From NCBI GenBank assembly GCA_029261995.1, contig JAJDAF010000030.1:28671-92670 (forward strand): 64,000 bases of DNA. The letters run 5' to 3'. Positions 27,014 through 36,666 of this stretch are shown piece after piece. Source of the DNA: Candidatus Zhuqueibacterota bacterium (GTDB taxonomy: Bacteria > Zhuqueibacterota > Zhuqueibacteria > Oceanimicrobiales > Oceanimicrobiaceae). Under the pieces are notes generated by a model, which did not search any database, was not told the DNA's origin, and saw only the letters and a program-made list of their open reading frames with translations. The translations under genes were made by a program, and so were the position numbers. The stretch's first letter is position 1. The number at the start of each line of letters is the position of its first letter.

Positions 27014-28495
27014 ATGGCCAAATACGATTACGATGTTGTGGTCATCGGCGGCGGCGCAGCCGGCTTGACCAGCTCCGGCATCTGCGCGAGCTTCGGTGCG
27101 CGCACCGCGCTCATCGAAAAACACAGACTTGGAGGAGACTGCACCTGGACAGGTTGCGTGCCGAGCAAATCACTGCTCCATATCGCCAAACAAGTCGAGC
27201 AGGCACGACACGCCGAGAAGCTTGGTCTAAAATTCACGAACGTCGAAATTGATTTCAAGCAGGTGATGGACTCAGTGCGCGCAACAAGGCAAGCAGTCTA
27301 CGAAGAGGCGGACGCGCCGGAGTTGATGCAGGAGCGCGGCGTTGCAATCCTAAAAGGCAGTGCCTCGTTTATCGACCAACACACGATTGAAATTCGAGAC
27401 AGCGATACTACCAGCAAAATGACATTTCGCTCAGCCATCATCACGGCCGGCGGAAGTGCGTTGAAACTCCCGATTCCCGGACTGAGAGAAGCCGGATTCC
27501 TGACCAACGAAACCCTCTTCGAGCTTGAAAAGCAGCCGCAGCACCTGGTTATTTTGGGAAGCGGCCCCATCGGAGTAGAAATGGCGCAAGCATTCAGACT
27601 GCTTGGCTCGCGGGTTACGGTGATTGCCCTGGATGAAAAAATCCTGCTGCGCGACGAGCCTGCGTGTGCGGAGATGGTGCACAAGCGCCTGGTGGAGCAG
27701 GGTATCGAATTCCACCTGGGAGAGACCATTCACTCGGCTGAAAAACACGACGAGACCTATCAACTGTCCGTGGGTCCGCTTGCCGGCGCGAATCGCACCA
27801 TCGAGTCGGACGCCGTTCTGGTAGCCGTTGGCCGAACCCCGAACCTTGCTGGACTTGCGCTGGAGAACGCCGGCGTCAAACATGAAAGGCCGGGCATTCC
27901 CGTGGACCGCGGATGCCGCACCAACGTCAGGCACATCTTCGCGGCAGGAGATATCACGACTTGGTTGAAGTTCACGCACGTCGCTGAGAATATGGCCAAA
28001 ACCGCGGCAATCAACGCCATCACACACTTGCCGCTCTACCGCTATGAAAACAAAGTCGTGCCGTGGGTGACCTTCACGGATCCCGAATCCGCCCACGTCG
28101 GGCAAACAGCGGCGGAGTTGCAAGCCGCGAACGTAAAATTCGACACCATTGAGTTACCGTACCACAAAATTGATCGCGCTGTCACGGAGCAAGCAGGCGA
28201 GGGGCTCGTCATCGTGCACGCTACCCCTTCGGGCAAAATCCTTGGCGCCCACGCAGTTGGCTTACAGGCCGGCGAGATCATTGACGAGTATGCAATAGCC
28301 ATGAAAAACGGCCTAAAACTATCGAAAATCTCTGATACGATTCACGCATACCCTACCCTGCTTCTCGGCGCACGCAGAGCGGCGGACCAGTACTATGTCC
28401 GGCTGCAGAAACGCTGGATGGCCAATTTGGTACGCCGTTTATTTGGCTACCGAGGAGAGATTCCGTCGTACGTCGGGACCCGGGAGGTGCTTTGA
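27014..28495 (+). CDS. Pyridine nucleotide-disulfide oxidoreductase, class I (Lpd/MerA-like family)
   Basis: GGGAAG, GGDCTWTGCVPSK, GSGPIGVE, GRTPN, AAGD, VTFTDPE. No C-terminal Cys-Cys pair, so not MerA. Confidence 0.88.
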   Translation: MAKYDYDVVVIGGGAAGLTSSGICASFGARTALIEKHRLGGDCTWTGCVPSKSLLHIAKQVEQARHAEKLGLKFTNVEIDFKQVMDSVRATRQAVYEEADAPELMQERGVAILKGSASFIDQHTIEIRDSDTTSKMTFRSAIITAGGSALKLPIPGLREAGFLTNETLFELEKQPQHLVILGSGPIGVEMAQAFRLLGSRVTVIALDEKILLRDEPACAEMVHKRLVEQGIEFHLGETIHSAEKHDETYQLSVGPLAGANRTIESDAVLVAVGRTPNLAGLALENAGVKHERPGIPVDRGCRTNVRHIFAAGDITTWLKFTHVAENMAKTAAINAITHLPLYRYENKVVPWVTFTDPESAHVGQTAAELQAANVKFDTIELPYHKIDRAVTEQAGEGLVIVHATPSGKILGAHAVGLQAGEIIDEYAIAMKNGLKLSKISDTIHAYPTLLLGARRAADQYYVRLQKRWMANLVRRLFGYRGEIPSYVGTREVL

Positions 28496-28557
28496 TCGGC
28501 ATCATTCTCAGGCGCAGCACGCAAGATTATCAGTGAAATCCACCAGGAGACGCAAAA

Positions 28558-30318
28558 TTGAACATCATCGGCATCCGTTCAGAAGAAAAGCACTGGGACT
28601 CGCGCGCAACCATCAGTCCCGAAGACATCAAGTCGCTGCCAAACGCCGTCAACCTGCAGTTTGAAAGTGACGGCGAGCGCACGTTGCCATTCAAACGCCG
28701 GGTGTTTTCTGACCAGGAAATCCTGGCGGTCGGCAAACAGGGGGGCGCAGGAACCGCAATCATCGACACACTCAATCAGTGCGCCGTCATTATCGGTACG
28801 AAGGAAATCAAGGAAGTGGCGCTCAAACTAGCCGACCGCGAGTACGCCTGGCTCACGGAAAATTGTTCAGCGCTGAAGCACCGAATTCCATATTTCGCCT
28901 TTGACGAAAAACTCAAACTGGCGGCTCTGACAGACTTCCTGTCTGAGGATGAAAAGCAGACTCTCCGACAACAGGTTGCCGGGACGCCCGCCGAACGACT
29001 GATCGCCACTCTTCTGGCCGAACAGGAACATCTCATTGAACCGGGCAAGACCTACCTCTTCTTCAGCCACACCCACAAGGGACAGGCCTACAACATGCGG
29101 ATGCTGCAGCAGTTCATCGCCAGGGAGTGCACCTTGATCGACTATGAATTGCTGCGCGAAACAACCTCCGGCGGCTCCAGGCGAACCGTGGCCTACAGCG
29201 GCTGGGCTGGAATCATCGGCGCGCTCGACGCGCTTTGGACCTACGGCGAACACCTCTACCGGCGCACAGGAATAGACACCCCGTTCAGAAAAATCCGGTC
29301 AGAGGCCGTTTTTGACCCCGAGCAGTTTGAATACCGCAGTCTGAAAGACCTGCAACTCCTGATCAAAGAGATTGGTGCGGAACTCTCGGACAAAGGCCTG
29401 CCAGAGCCGATGGTCGTCGGCTTGACCGGCAGTCGTGGCCGGGTTGGCCATGGCGTGCTGGAGGTGCTCGAAAACTGGGGCCTGCCCATGGCTACCCTGG
29501 CGCCGTCGCGCTTCAGCATGGGCACGAAACGCAAGAATCTTTCGACTTACAAAATCCACCTGCTGAAGCTGGATTACGAGCACCTGTATCGCCCAAAGTT
29601 CGGTGAGAAGGTCACCGGCGAAAGAATCCGCACGGCCATCCAAAGTGGACGCGGCTACCTGTTGGAGTCAAACCTGGACCAGTTCTTTCCTGAACTCTCG
29701 ATTTTCATGAACTGCATCGTCTGGCACAATGACTCGCCGAGACTGCTCACCAACGCCTATCTCAAGCATGTCTTCGATACCCACACCCGCGACGCAGGGC
29801 CGATCCTGCCGGTCATCGGTGACATCTCCTGCGACCCGTGCGGAAGCATCCAATGCTGCCGTGACACCTATCCAAACCAGCCGGCATACATCTGGAGCCC
29901 GGTTCAGACCGACGAGCCCATTCTACCCGACACGGACTTGAAGAAGGCGGATCCCCACTACCCTTATTTTGATCTCAGCAAAGCGGGTTTCCCGGTGATG
30001 GCAGTCACCAATCTTCCGTGCGAGATTCCTCGGGATGCGTCGCTGGCATTCAGTCGTGCATTCTGCCAACGGCGGGCGAGTTTGGGAGACAAGTCCTACC
30101 TGCAGTGCCTTGCCGAGGCAGATTTGGACAAAGAATTCAGCGAATGCGGACTACCGCAGCCCTTGAAAGACGCCGTCATTCTCTACCGTGGCAGATTTAT
30201 CGGAGCGAACCAGCAGCTTTCCTTGAAGGAAATCTGCCTGGCGATGATTGAGACCGGGACGATCGATCCGCGGCAGATCTTGCCGGTCGTCGCAGAAGAT
30301 GTCAGAAAAATCATTTGA
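28558..30318 (+). CDS. Lysine-ketoglutarate reductase-like protein (AlaDh/PNT fold) with insertions
   Basis: IGIRSEEKHWDSRA, GTKEI, TYLFFSHTHKGQAYNM, LIDYE, GRVGHG, MNCIVW, IGDISCDPCGSI, MAVTNLPCEIPRDAS. TTG start with AGGAG RBS. Confidence 0.8.
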   Translation: MNIIGIRSEEKHWDSRATISPEDIKSLPNAVNLQFESDGERTLPFKRRVFSDQEILAVGKQGGAGTAIIDTLNQCAVIIGTKEIKEVALKLADREYAWLTENCSALKHRIPYFAFDEKLKLAALTDFLSEDEKQTLRQQVAGTPAERLIATLLAEQEHLIEPGKTYLFFSHTHKGQAYNMRMLQQFIARECTLIDYELLRETTSGGSRRTVAYSGWAGIIGALDALWTYGEHLYRRTGIDTPFRKIRSEAVFDPEQFEYRSLKDLQLLIKEIGAELSDKGLPEPMVVGLTGSRGRVGHGVLEVLENWGLPMATLAPSRFSMGTKRKNLSTYKIHLLKLDYEHLYRPKFGEKVTGERIRTAIQSGRGYLLESNLDQFFPELSIFMNCIVWHNDSPRLLTNAYLKHVFDTHTRDAGPILPVIGDISCDPCGSIQCCRDTYPNQPAYIWSPVQTDEPILPDTDLKKADPHYPYFDLSKAGFPVMAVTNLPCEIPRDASLAFSRAFCQRRASLGDKSYLQCLAEADLDKEFSECGLPQPLKDAVILYRGRFIGANQQLSLKEICLAMIETGTIDPRQILPVVAEDVRKII

Positions 30319-30488
30319 TTTAGGAACTGTCTTCAATATATTGGCGCCTGGCTTGACGATAACGAAATGGAAAACGCGGCGAACATTCTAGTCCTACAGA
30401 ATTTACTAACTTTGCGACGGCGAGCCATACGTAATTTTGCGCTCACCCAGCAGTTTAAATCACCAAGCACTCTAACCACCATTCAAAT

Positions 30489-31838
30489 ATGAAACACATC
30501 CTAATCCTCGGCGCCGGTCTGAGTTCAAAATACTTGATCACGACCTTGCTGCAACAAGCGGAGCAAAACGACTGGTTTGTCACCGTTGGCGACAGAGACA
30601 CGCAACTGGCAAGAAGAGTCATCGACCGGCATCCGAGCGGCTCGGCGACTCATTTCGATGTTGACGACGCTGAAATGCGCTCGACTCAGATCGAGAACGC
30701 AGACATTGTGGTCAACATGCTGCCACCCACATACCAGCACATCGTCGCGCAAGATTGTATTGCCCACGGCCGGCACATGGTCTCGGCTTCTTACGAAAGC
30801 AAGCGCATCCGCGATCTGGACAGCGATGCCAACCGCAAAGGCGTACTTATTCTGACCGAGATGGGATTGGATCCGGGCATCGACCACATGATAGCCATGA
30901 GCATGGTCCAGAAAGTCCGGAAACGCGGCGGGCGAATCAAGGCATTCAAGAGCTACGGTGGAGCACTGCCGGCGCAATCTTCGGCAGACTGCAATCCGCT
31001 GGGCTATTTTATCACCTGGAACCCGCGCAACGTCGTAATGGCAGGCGAGCACGGCGCGCAGTACATGGAAAAAGGCAAAATCAAGCTTATCCCATTTCAC
31101 AATGTATTCCAGGACACCTGGCTGGTTGATATCGATGGCATCGGCTCAATGGAGGTCTATCCAAATCGAGAAACCCTGGCCTACAAATCCAACTTCGACC
31201 TCAACCACGCCCAAACCATTATCCGTGGCACTATTCGCTATCCGGGGTGGAGCGAAACCTGGTCTCAAATCGTCAAACTTGGTATGCCGAATGAGAATCT
31301 CCGCATTCCAAGACTCAGCAAGATGAGTTACCGCGATTTCACCGAGACGTTTATCCCGGTAGAAATCAGCGGCTCTGATCTGGAATCCCGGGTCGCCAAA
31401 TTTCTGAATATCAACCCGACCGGCAAAATCATGGAGCAGTTGCGCTGGCTTGGACTATTCTCAGAAGAGACAATCGGCAAAGTTGGCGAGACCCCGGCGG
31501 AAGTCATGGTGCACCTCATCAAGAACAAGCTCAAGATGGAAAAGGGCGCGCGCGATATGGTCATCCTGTACAATGAAATGGATGTGAGCTACACGAATGA
31601 CAGAACCAAACGTGAGAAAGTCATCATGACTCTGGTGGACGAAGGCGAGCCCGGCGGGTTTACAGCCATCGCCAGAACCGTGGGCATGCCCGTGGCCATC
31701 GCGACGGAACTCCTGCTGAAAGACAAGCTGCCAATTACCGGCTGCCAAATCCCGACGCATCCCGCGGTTTACGTGCCGCTGTTGCGAGAGCTGAAAAAGA
31801 GAGGGCTGAGCTTCAAGGAGAAGGTTGTACGCCAGTAG
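30489..31838 (+). CDS. Saccharopine dehydrogenase (glutamate-forming type)
   Basis: ILILGAG, MVSASY, EMGLDPGIDH, FKSYGGALP, NPLGY..TWNP, YPNR, RGTIRYPGW, TVGMP. Confidence 0.92.
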   Translation: MKHILILGAGLSSKYLITTLLQQAEQNDWFVTVGDRDTQLARRVIDRHPSGSATHFDVDDAEMRSTQIENADIVVNMLPPTYQHIVAQDCIAHGRHMVSASYESKRIRDLDSDANRKGVLILTEMGLDPGIDHMIAMSMVQKVRKRGGRIKAFKSYGGALPAQSSADCNPLGYFITWNPRNVVMAGEHGAQYMEKGKIKLIPFHNVFQDTWLVDIDGIGSMEVYPNRETLAYKSNFDLNHAQTIIRGTIRYPGWSETWSQIVKLGMPNENLRIPRLSKMSYRDFTETFIPVEISGSDLESRVAKFLNINPTGKIMEQLRWLGLFSEETIGKVGETPAEVMVHLIKNKLKMEKGARDMVILYNEMDVSYTNDRTKREKVIMTLVDEGEPGGFTAIARTVGMPVAIATELLLKDKLPITGCQIPTHPAVYVPLLRELKKRGLSFKEKVVRQ

Positions 31839-31928
31839 GCGGTTTAGCCACGCAACCGCTGTCAATCTGAACCGTCGCTGCGGAATTTCACATCAGACAT
31901 TCACGCGTCCTGGAATTCCCGGGCCCCA

Positions 31929-32438
31929 TCAATCATCGGGCGCAAATAATTTGCTTTCAGGACCATCCTCAGTCAACCGAATCATACTGACGAATCTCAT
32001 ACCCAATTTTTCCAGCACATTGATCGAAGCCAGGTTGTCTGGCGCGGTGACGGCAACGATCCGTTCCAGGCCAAACTGCGTTCTGCCATGCTGCATCACC
32101 ACGGAGGCCGATTCAGTCGCATAGCCCTTGCCGGAAAATTCCGGAAGAAACGCAAATCCCACATCCGGATCCTGCAACGACTCTCTTTGCAAAAGGCCGC
32201 AGATGCCAATCGGCACACCGCTATCTTTCAAACGGGTCAGGTAAAGCCCGAACCCAAAACGTTCGTAGCTGTTCATTGGCCCGGTCAAAATGTAGTTGCG
32301 GGCATCGTCCAGGCCTCTAACGCCCTTGTCGCCGATGAATTTCAGGAACGCAGGATCATTCAGGAGCTTCAGAATGAACGCGGCATCGTCAGGCGCCAGC
32401 CTGTGCAGGGTCAGCCGGCCAGTTTCCAGTACCATCAT
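31929..32438 (-). CDS. RimJ/RimL-type GNAT acetyltransferase
   Basis: LETGRLTLH, IGICGL, DVGFAFLPEFSGKGYATE, NLASINVLEKLGM. Confidence 0.9.
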   Translation of the reverse strand: MMVLETGRLTLHRLAPDDAAFILKLLNDPAFLKFIGDKGVRGLDDARNYILTGPMNSYERFGFGLYLTRLKDSGVPIGICGLLQRESLQDPDVGFAFLPEFSGKGYATESASVVMQHGRTQFGLERIVAVTAPDNLASINVLEKLGMRFVSMIRLTEDGPESKLFAPDD

Positions 32439-32678
32439 TCGTTTCGATGTTTCCAGTCTATCCTATTTCGCAAAGGCTTCGGGTCACGCGCCTGGTTCGA
32501 CTTCGGATTGATGAGTGCAATCAATCGCGGCCTTCACCCGGAAATGCGTTGACCGAGATGTAATTCCTTGTCAACGTGCGGCCGCGACAAGATAGAGACT
32601 CTGCAAGATGTTGTCAAACGCGGGGCAGATCCCAACAGTTCTTTTGCGACGAGAAGGTTGACGCATCAGCGGACGCCA

Positions 32679-35447
32679 TCACAGATTTCGCTCAACCTCA
32701 TGACTACTCGAGTCACTGCTCTTCAATGTCAACTGCTGCAGGTAGGACAAGGCCTGTTGATTTCCGGGATTCAACTGCAACCAGCGCTTGATGCCAGCCA
32801 ATCCGCGTTTGAACTGCCTGGTCTGCATGTAAAATCCGGTAAGCCAATTGAGCACGGCGGTTGAATTGGGCGAACTCTGCATCACGGAAAACGCCAGCGT
32901 CTCAGCTTTGTCGTGGTCCTGCAAATATTGACTGTAAAAGGAAGCGACTGTCAGCAGATCTCGCTCGGGCAAAGTCCGCTGCTCCAGAGCTGCGAGTCGT
33001 TTCGCCAATTCCTGTGGCCTGCCGGCCCGAAAGTACATTTCCCCGAGCATCAGCTTGGTGTTGTGGTTGCGTATTGGCAGAGTCATCTCTGGCAGTCGCT
33101 CCTCCATGTGGTCCAGCGTATCGGCGGCTTTTGCGTTGGCGCCTGTTCGCAGGTAGTGGTTGGCCAGTCTGAAAAATGCCATCCTGTAGTTCTGCAACAA
33201 GCCCTGCGTCCGAAAATCGAGGTGCACTTGGGGATCATCCAAACCACGATATCTGAAAGTATTCACCAGGTTGTTTTCAAGCCTGGCCGGTGCGATGAAA
33301 TCTCCAGCCACGCCGTAGGGCATAATTTGAAAAGCCATGCCATCCATGCGCAGGTAATTCTTGCTGTCGGCCTTGCGCGCACCGTTGTTCAAGCCCAGCA
33401 TGTTGGTGTTTGCCACGGTGGCGGAGAAATAAAGCGGGCGGTCGAACCGGTTCTCCGCAATAATATGAAGCAGCACCCGGTCTTGAATCAGAATGACCGG
33501 GCGGTCGCCAAAGCGGTTTGTTGCAGCCATCTCGAATACCAGGGCCGGCGGCTCATCCAGAGTCGGCGACAGATTGTCCTCTTCTTCTTTCAGGTAGCGA
33601 GAGACGCTGTCGGACGGCACGCCGATTTTGATGGTGCGCGGCTCGGGCCAAAGCATCGGCTGCAGCCGCTCCAACTGGTCATCGGTGTAGCTAATCGGCA
33701 CGGTTGGAGCTACGTCGCGTAGCTGCTTGATGTACCACGTCGCGTTCAGCAGAGCCAGACAGACTACCCGAACGTCCGGCCGAATGCCTTCCACGTATTG
33801 CAAATACCAAATCGGATACGTGTCGTTGTCACCATTGGTAAACAAAATGGCATTGGGCGCGCAGCTTTGTAGAATGTTGTAGGAATAGTCGGAGGCAACG
33901 TAGTTTCCGGTTCGATCGTGGCTCTCGTAGTTGAAGGCCAGCAGCTTGAGAGGCACGGCTGCGAGCAGCATCGGGAACACTGCTGCAAGGGTGGCTACCC
34001 GGAGCGCAGATGGCAATCGCCGAACTGCACGGCCGACGGCCGCAAGCAAAGCGCTGGCGCCAATCCCAATCCAGATGGCAAACGCGAAGAATGAGCCTGC
34101 GTAGGCGTAGTCTCGCTCCCGCGGCTGCGGGTCCGCCTGATTCAGGTAGAGTGCGATCACCAGACCCGTCATGAGAAACAAGGCAAGGATAGAAACGGCC
34201 CGTGGCCAATCCCTGCGGAAATGGTGCACCATGCCAATCAAACCAAGCAGGAACGGCAGGCCGAGCAGCCCGTTCAGGGATATCGTCTCAGCCAGAAGCC
34301 CATACCTGCTGCGGGCGTCCCCCTTGCCAATGAACTGCCAGCCGAAATAGCGCAAATACATCTTCCTGACCTGGTATTCCCAAACCGGTGCGCGGCGCTG
34401 CAAAAAGGGAATGTCACCGTACTGCTCGCGATTCAAATAACTGGCAAAGCGCGCCGGCACTTCCGGATCATTCATGTCGATGATCGGGTCCTTGCCGGAG
34501 CGGATGTACAAAGCCGTGTAGCTGGAATATCCGACAAGAACCAACATCACGGCCTGGACAAACAGGGCCAGCACACGCTTCTTGCGACTTACAGCGCGGT
34601 GAGCCAGGAAAACCAAAACTCCGCCTACGAAAAATGGCGCTGACGCGGAGAACTCGTTCATAAGCCACGGTATGCCAATTACCACTCCCGGGTAGACCAC
34701 GACCATGGTTGCCAACCCCATCACTGTAAACAAGCCAAAGCTGCGAACAGTGAGTTTGGAGGTCCTGAAGAAGATGAGCAGGAAAACCGTGACCAGAGCG
34801 AGAACGCTCAGCAAGTGCACGCCGAGAGCGAGGCCAATCAAATAGGCGATCAGGAGCAGCAAGCGGTCGCCGCCGCGGGAGGCGGGCTGCCTGTCCCACA
34901 CGAGAATCAACCAGACCACGCAGGCGGTGAAAAAAAGTGAAAGCGAATAGACCTCCGCCTCCACCGCATTGAACCAGAATGCGTCCGTAAAAGCAAGCGT
35001 AAGCGCTCCGACAAATGCACCGAGATGGCGGAATTCAGCATGCGGCAATCCGGACCGACGGTCTGTCGGGTCAGGCGCGCTTGCTTTGTGAGTCTCTGAA
35101 AATCGAATTTCTCCGCCCGACTTGCCGCTCGGGATCTGCCAGCGTGCAAGCAGAAGCACAGTGCTCAGGTAAGTCAGTGTGACGGTCACCGCGCTAATCA
35201 ATGCCGAAAATATGTTGAGGCGCAGGCCAATGTCATCGAACAAGGGTAACATCGTGAATAGCCTGCCTAGAAGAACATAGAGCGGAGCCCCGGGAGGATG
35301 CGGCACGCCCATCGTGTAGGAGCAGGAGATGAACTCGCCACAGTCCCAGAACGATGTGGTTGGCGCGACCGTTTGGGCGAAGACGATAAATGAGACCAGA
35401 AACGACAGCCCCGCCAGCAAATGGTGAAACGAGATCTTTGGCTTCAT
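32679..35447 (-). CDS. DUF2723 / TMEM260-like multi-TM protein (putative GT-C glycosyltransferase) with C-terminal TPR
   Basis: APTTSFWDCGEFI...GVPHPPGAPLY, FWFNAVEAEVY, GVHLL, YLNREQYG, QPRERDY, FTNGDNDTYP; many TM segments. An alternative TTG start lies at 35483. Confidence 0.88.
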   Translation of the reverse strand: MKPKISFHHLLAGLSFLVSFIVFAQTVAPTTSFWDCGEFISCSYTMGVPHPPGAPLYVLLGRLFTMLPLFDDIGLRLNIFSALISAVTVTLTYLSTVLLLARWQIPSGKSGGEIRFSETHKASAPDPTDRRSGLPHAEFRHLGAFVGALTLAFTDAFWFNAVEAEVYSLSLFFTACVVWLILVWDRQPASRGGDRLLLLIAYLIGLALGVHLLSVLALVTVFLLIFFRTSKLTVRSFGLFTVMGLATMVVVYPGVVIGIPWLMNEFSASAPFFVGGVLVFLAHRAVSRKKRVLALFVQAVMLVLVGYSSYTALYIRSGKDPIIDMNDPEVPARFASYLNREQYGDIPFLQRRAPVWEYQVRKMYLRYFGWQFIGKGDARSRYGLLAETISLNGLLGLPFLLGLIGMVHHFRRDWPRAVSILALFLMTGLVIALYLNQADPQPRERDYAYAGSFFAFAIWIGIGASALLAAVGRAVRRLPSALRVATLAAVFPMLLAAVPLKLLAFNYESHDRTGNYVASDYSYNILQSCAPNAILFTNGDNDTYPIWYLQYVEGIRPDVRVVCLALLNATWYIKQLRDVAPTVPISYTDDQLERLQPMLWPEPRTIKIGVPSDSVSRYLKEEEDNLSPTLDEPPALVFEMAATNRFGDRPVILIQDRVLLHIIAENRFDRPLYFSATVANTNMLGLNNGARKADSKNYLRMDGMAFQIMPYGVAGDFIAPARLENNLVNTFRYRGLDDPQVHLDFRTQGLLQNYRMAFFRLANHYLRTGANAKAADTLDHMEERLPEMTLPIRNHNTKLMLGEMYFRAGRPQELAKRLAALEQRTLPERDLLTVASFYSQYLQDHDKAETLAFSVMQSSPNSTAVLNWLTGFYMQTRQFKRGLAGIKRWLQLNPGNQQALSYLQQLTLKSSDSSSHEVERNL

Positions 35448-35512
35448 ATGGAACGTTGGCCTTTCAAGGACGAGTGGCTGCAAAAGCCGTCAACCGCCTG
35501 CACAGCAAGCTC

Positions 35513-36070
35513 TCAAAACAGATCTACCGATGTGATGATGAATTTTATGAGCACGCTGTCCTGCTTGATGTTGCGGCCGCGCTTCTGGTGTTCCAGCATA
35601 CGGAGGCCTTGCATGCTGCGCAGAGAATCCAGGACAGTGCTTTCAATCAGGGACACAGGCCGCTTGTTCTGGTCCAGGTCACTGCGGTCAGCGGAACTGA
35701 AGCGGCCAAGCGCCAGCAGCACAAGTGCCAGACTGCAAGTGGCCAGGCCGGCCTGATAGAGAGGAATCCTGAACCGCATCAAATCCGCAAGCCGCGAGCC
35801 TGCGGACGCACGACTCTGCTGCTTTCTGACATTTAGAGCCCGAAGCAGGAACTGCCTGGTTTGGGCCACAGGTTCCGGCTCTCCGTCCCCGGAACGCTTG
35901 ACTGCTTCAGACACATCCGCAAGGACATCCTGCAGGCGACGTGCTTCCGGAGATGAGTTCAGTTCAGTAGCTAACTGCTTCTCCTGACGATCAGGCAGAA
36001 AACCGGCGACAAACTTGCCGAAAAGTAATTTTCCGAGAATCTCTTTTTTTCGCGCGTTCATCAGACTCAC
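35513..36070 (-). CDS. Putative single-TM anti-sigma factor
   Basis: Overlaps the ECF sigma stop (GTGA). Helical N-terminus, one TM (IPLYQAGLATCSLALVLLALG) and a short C-terminal tail. Call is mainly positional. Confidence 0.62.
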   Translation of the reverse strand: MSLMNARKKEILGKLLFGKFVAGFLPDRQEKQLATELNSSPEARRLQDVLADVSEAVKRSGDGEPEPVAQTRQFLLRALNVRKQQSRASAGSRLADLMRFRIPLYQAGLATCSLALVLLALGRFSSADRSDLDQNKRPVSLIESTVLDSLRSMQGLRMLEHQKRGRNIKQDSVLIKFIITSVDLF

Positions 36071-36666
36071 CTCTCATTGTTTGGCGCAAATGCCTTCAGT
36101 GCGGTCGCCAGGTACTTGGTTGTGTAAAACAGTCGCGATTTCACGGTTCCGAGCGAGCAGCCCAGAATTTCACTAATTTCCTTTAAGGAAAACTCCTCCT
36201 GGAAACGCAGCAGGAAGGTACTCCTTTTTGCCGGGTCGAGTCCGTCCAGTTCTTCAAGCACAAGCCTTTGAAATTCACGAGCGTCGATAATTTCGCGCTC
36301 GGCCTCTGGGTCTGAGAAGATGTCCAGATTTTCTTCCGCCACCACCAGTTTGCGCACTTGCAACCGGCGATATTCGTTTTTCACCATATTGTTCGCGACC
36401 GTGAAAATCCAAGTTAAGAAACTGCTTTTGCCGCTGAAATAGTGTGGTTTTTCAATAATCTTGACGAAAATTTCCTGCAGAAAATCCTGTGCCTTTTCGT
36501 TGTCCTGGTGCAGCATGCGATAGAAAAATCGAAGCAGTCGCTGTTTGTGCCGGTCATAAAGCGTCTCAAACGCAGCGCTGTCCTGCTGCTGCACGCGCGC
36601 CATCAGCATCTCGTCGGAAAGCTCCGCTCCCTCTGCCCCGGGATTCCCAGCCACGCGAGGACTCAA
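36067..36666 (-). CDS. ECF RNA polymerase sigma factor
   Basis: SDEMLM...AFETLY, AQDFLQEIF, FLTWIFTVANN, SLKEISEILGCSLGTVKSRLF. Confidence 0.93.
   Translation of the reverse strand: MSPRVAGNPGAEGAELSDEMLMARVQQQDSAAFETLYDRHKQRLLRFFYRMLHQDNEKAQDFLQEIFVKIIEKPHYFSGKSSFLTWIFTVANNMVKNEYRRLQVRKLVVAEENLDIFSDPEAEREIIDAREFQRLVLEELDGLDPAKRSTFLLRFQEEFSLKEISEILGCSLGTVKSRLFYTTKYLATALKAFAPNNER

Noticed and set aside
27014-28495. Mercuric reductase merA
   Set aside because: No C-terminal Cys-Cys, no N-terminal metal-binding domain and no mer genes nearby.
28816-29034. Intein in the LKR-like gene
   Set aside because: No N-terminal Cys/Ser or C-terminal His-Asn splice motifs, and too short.
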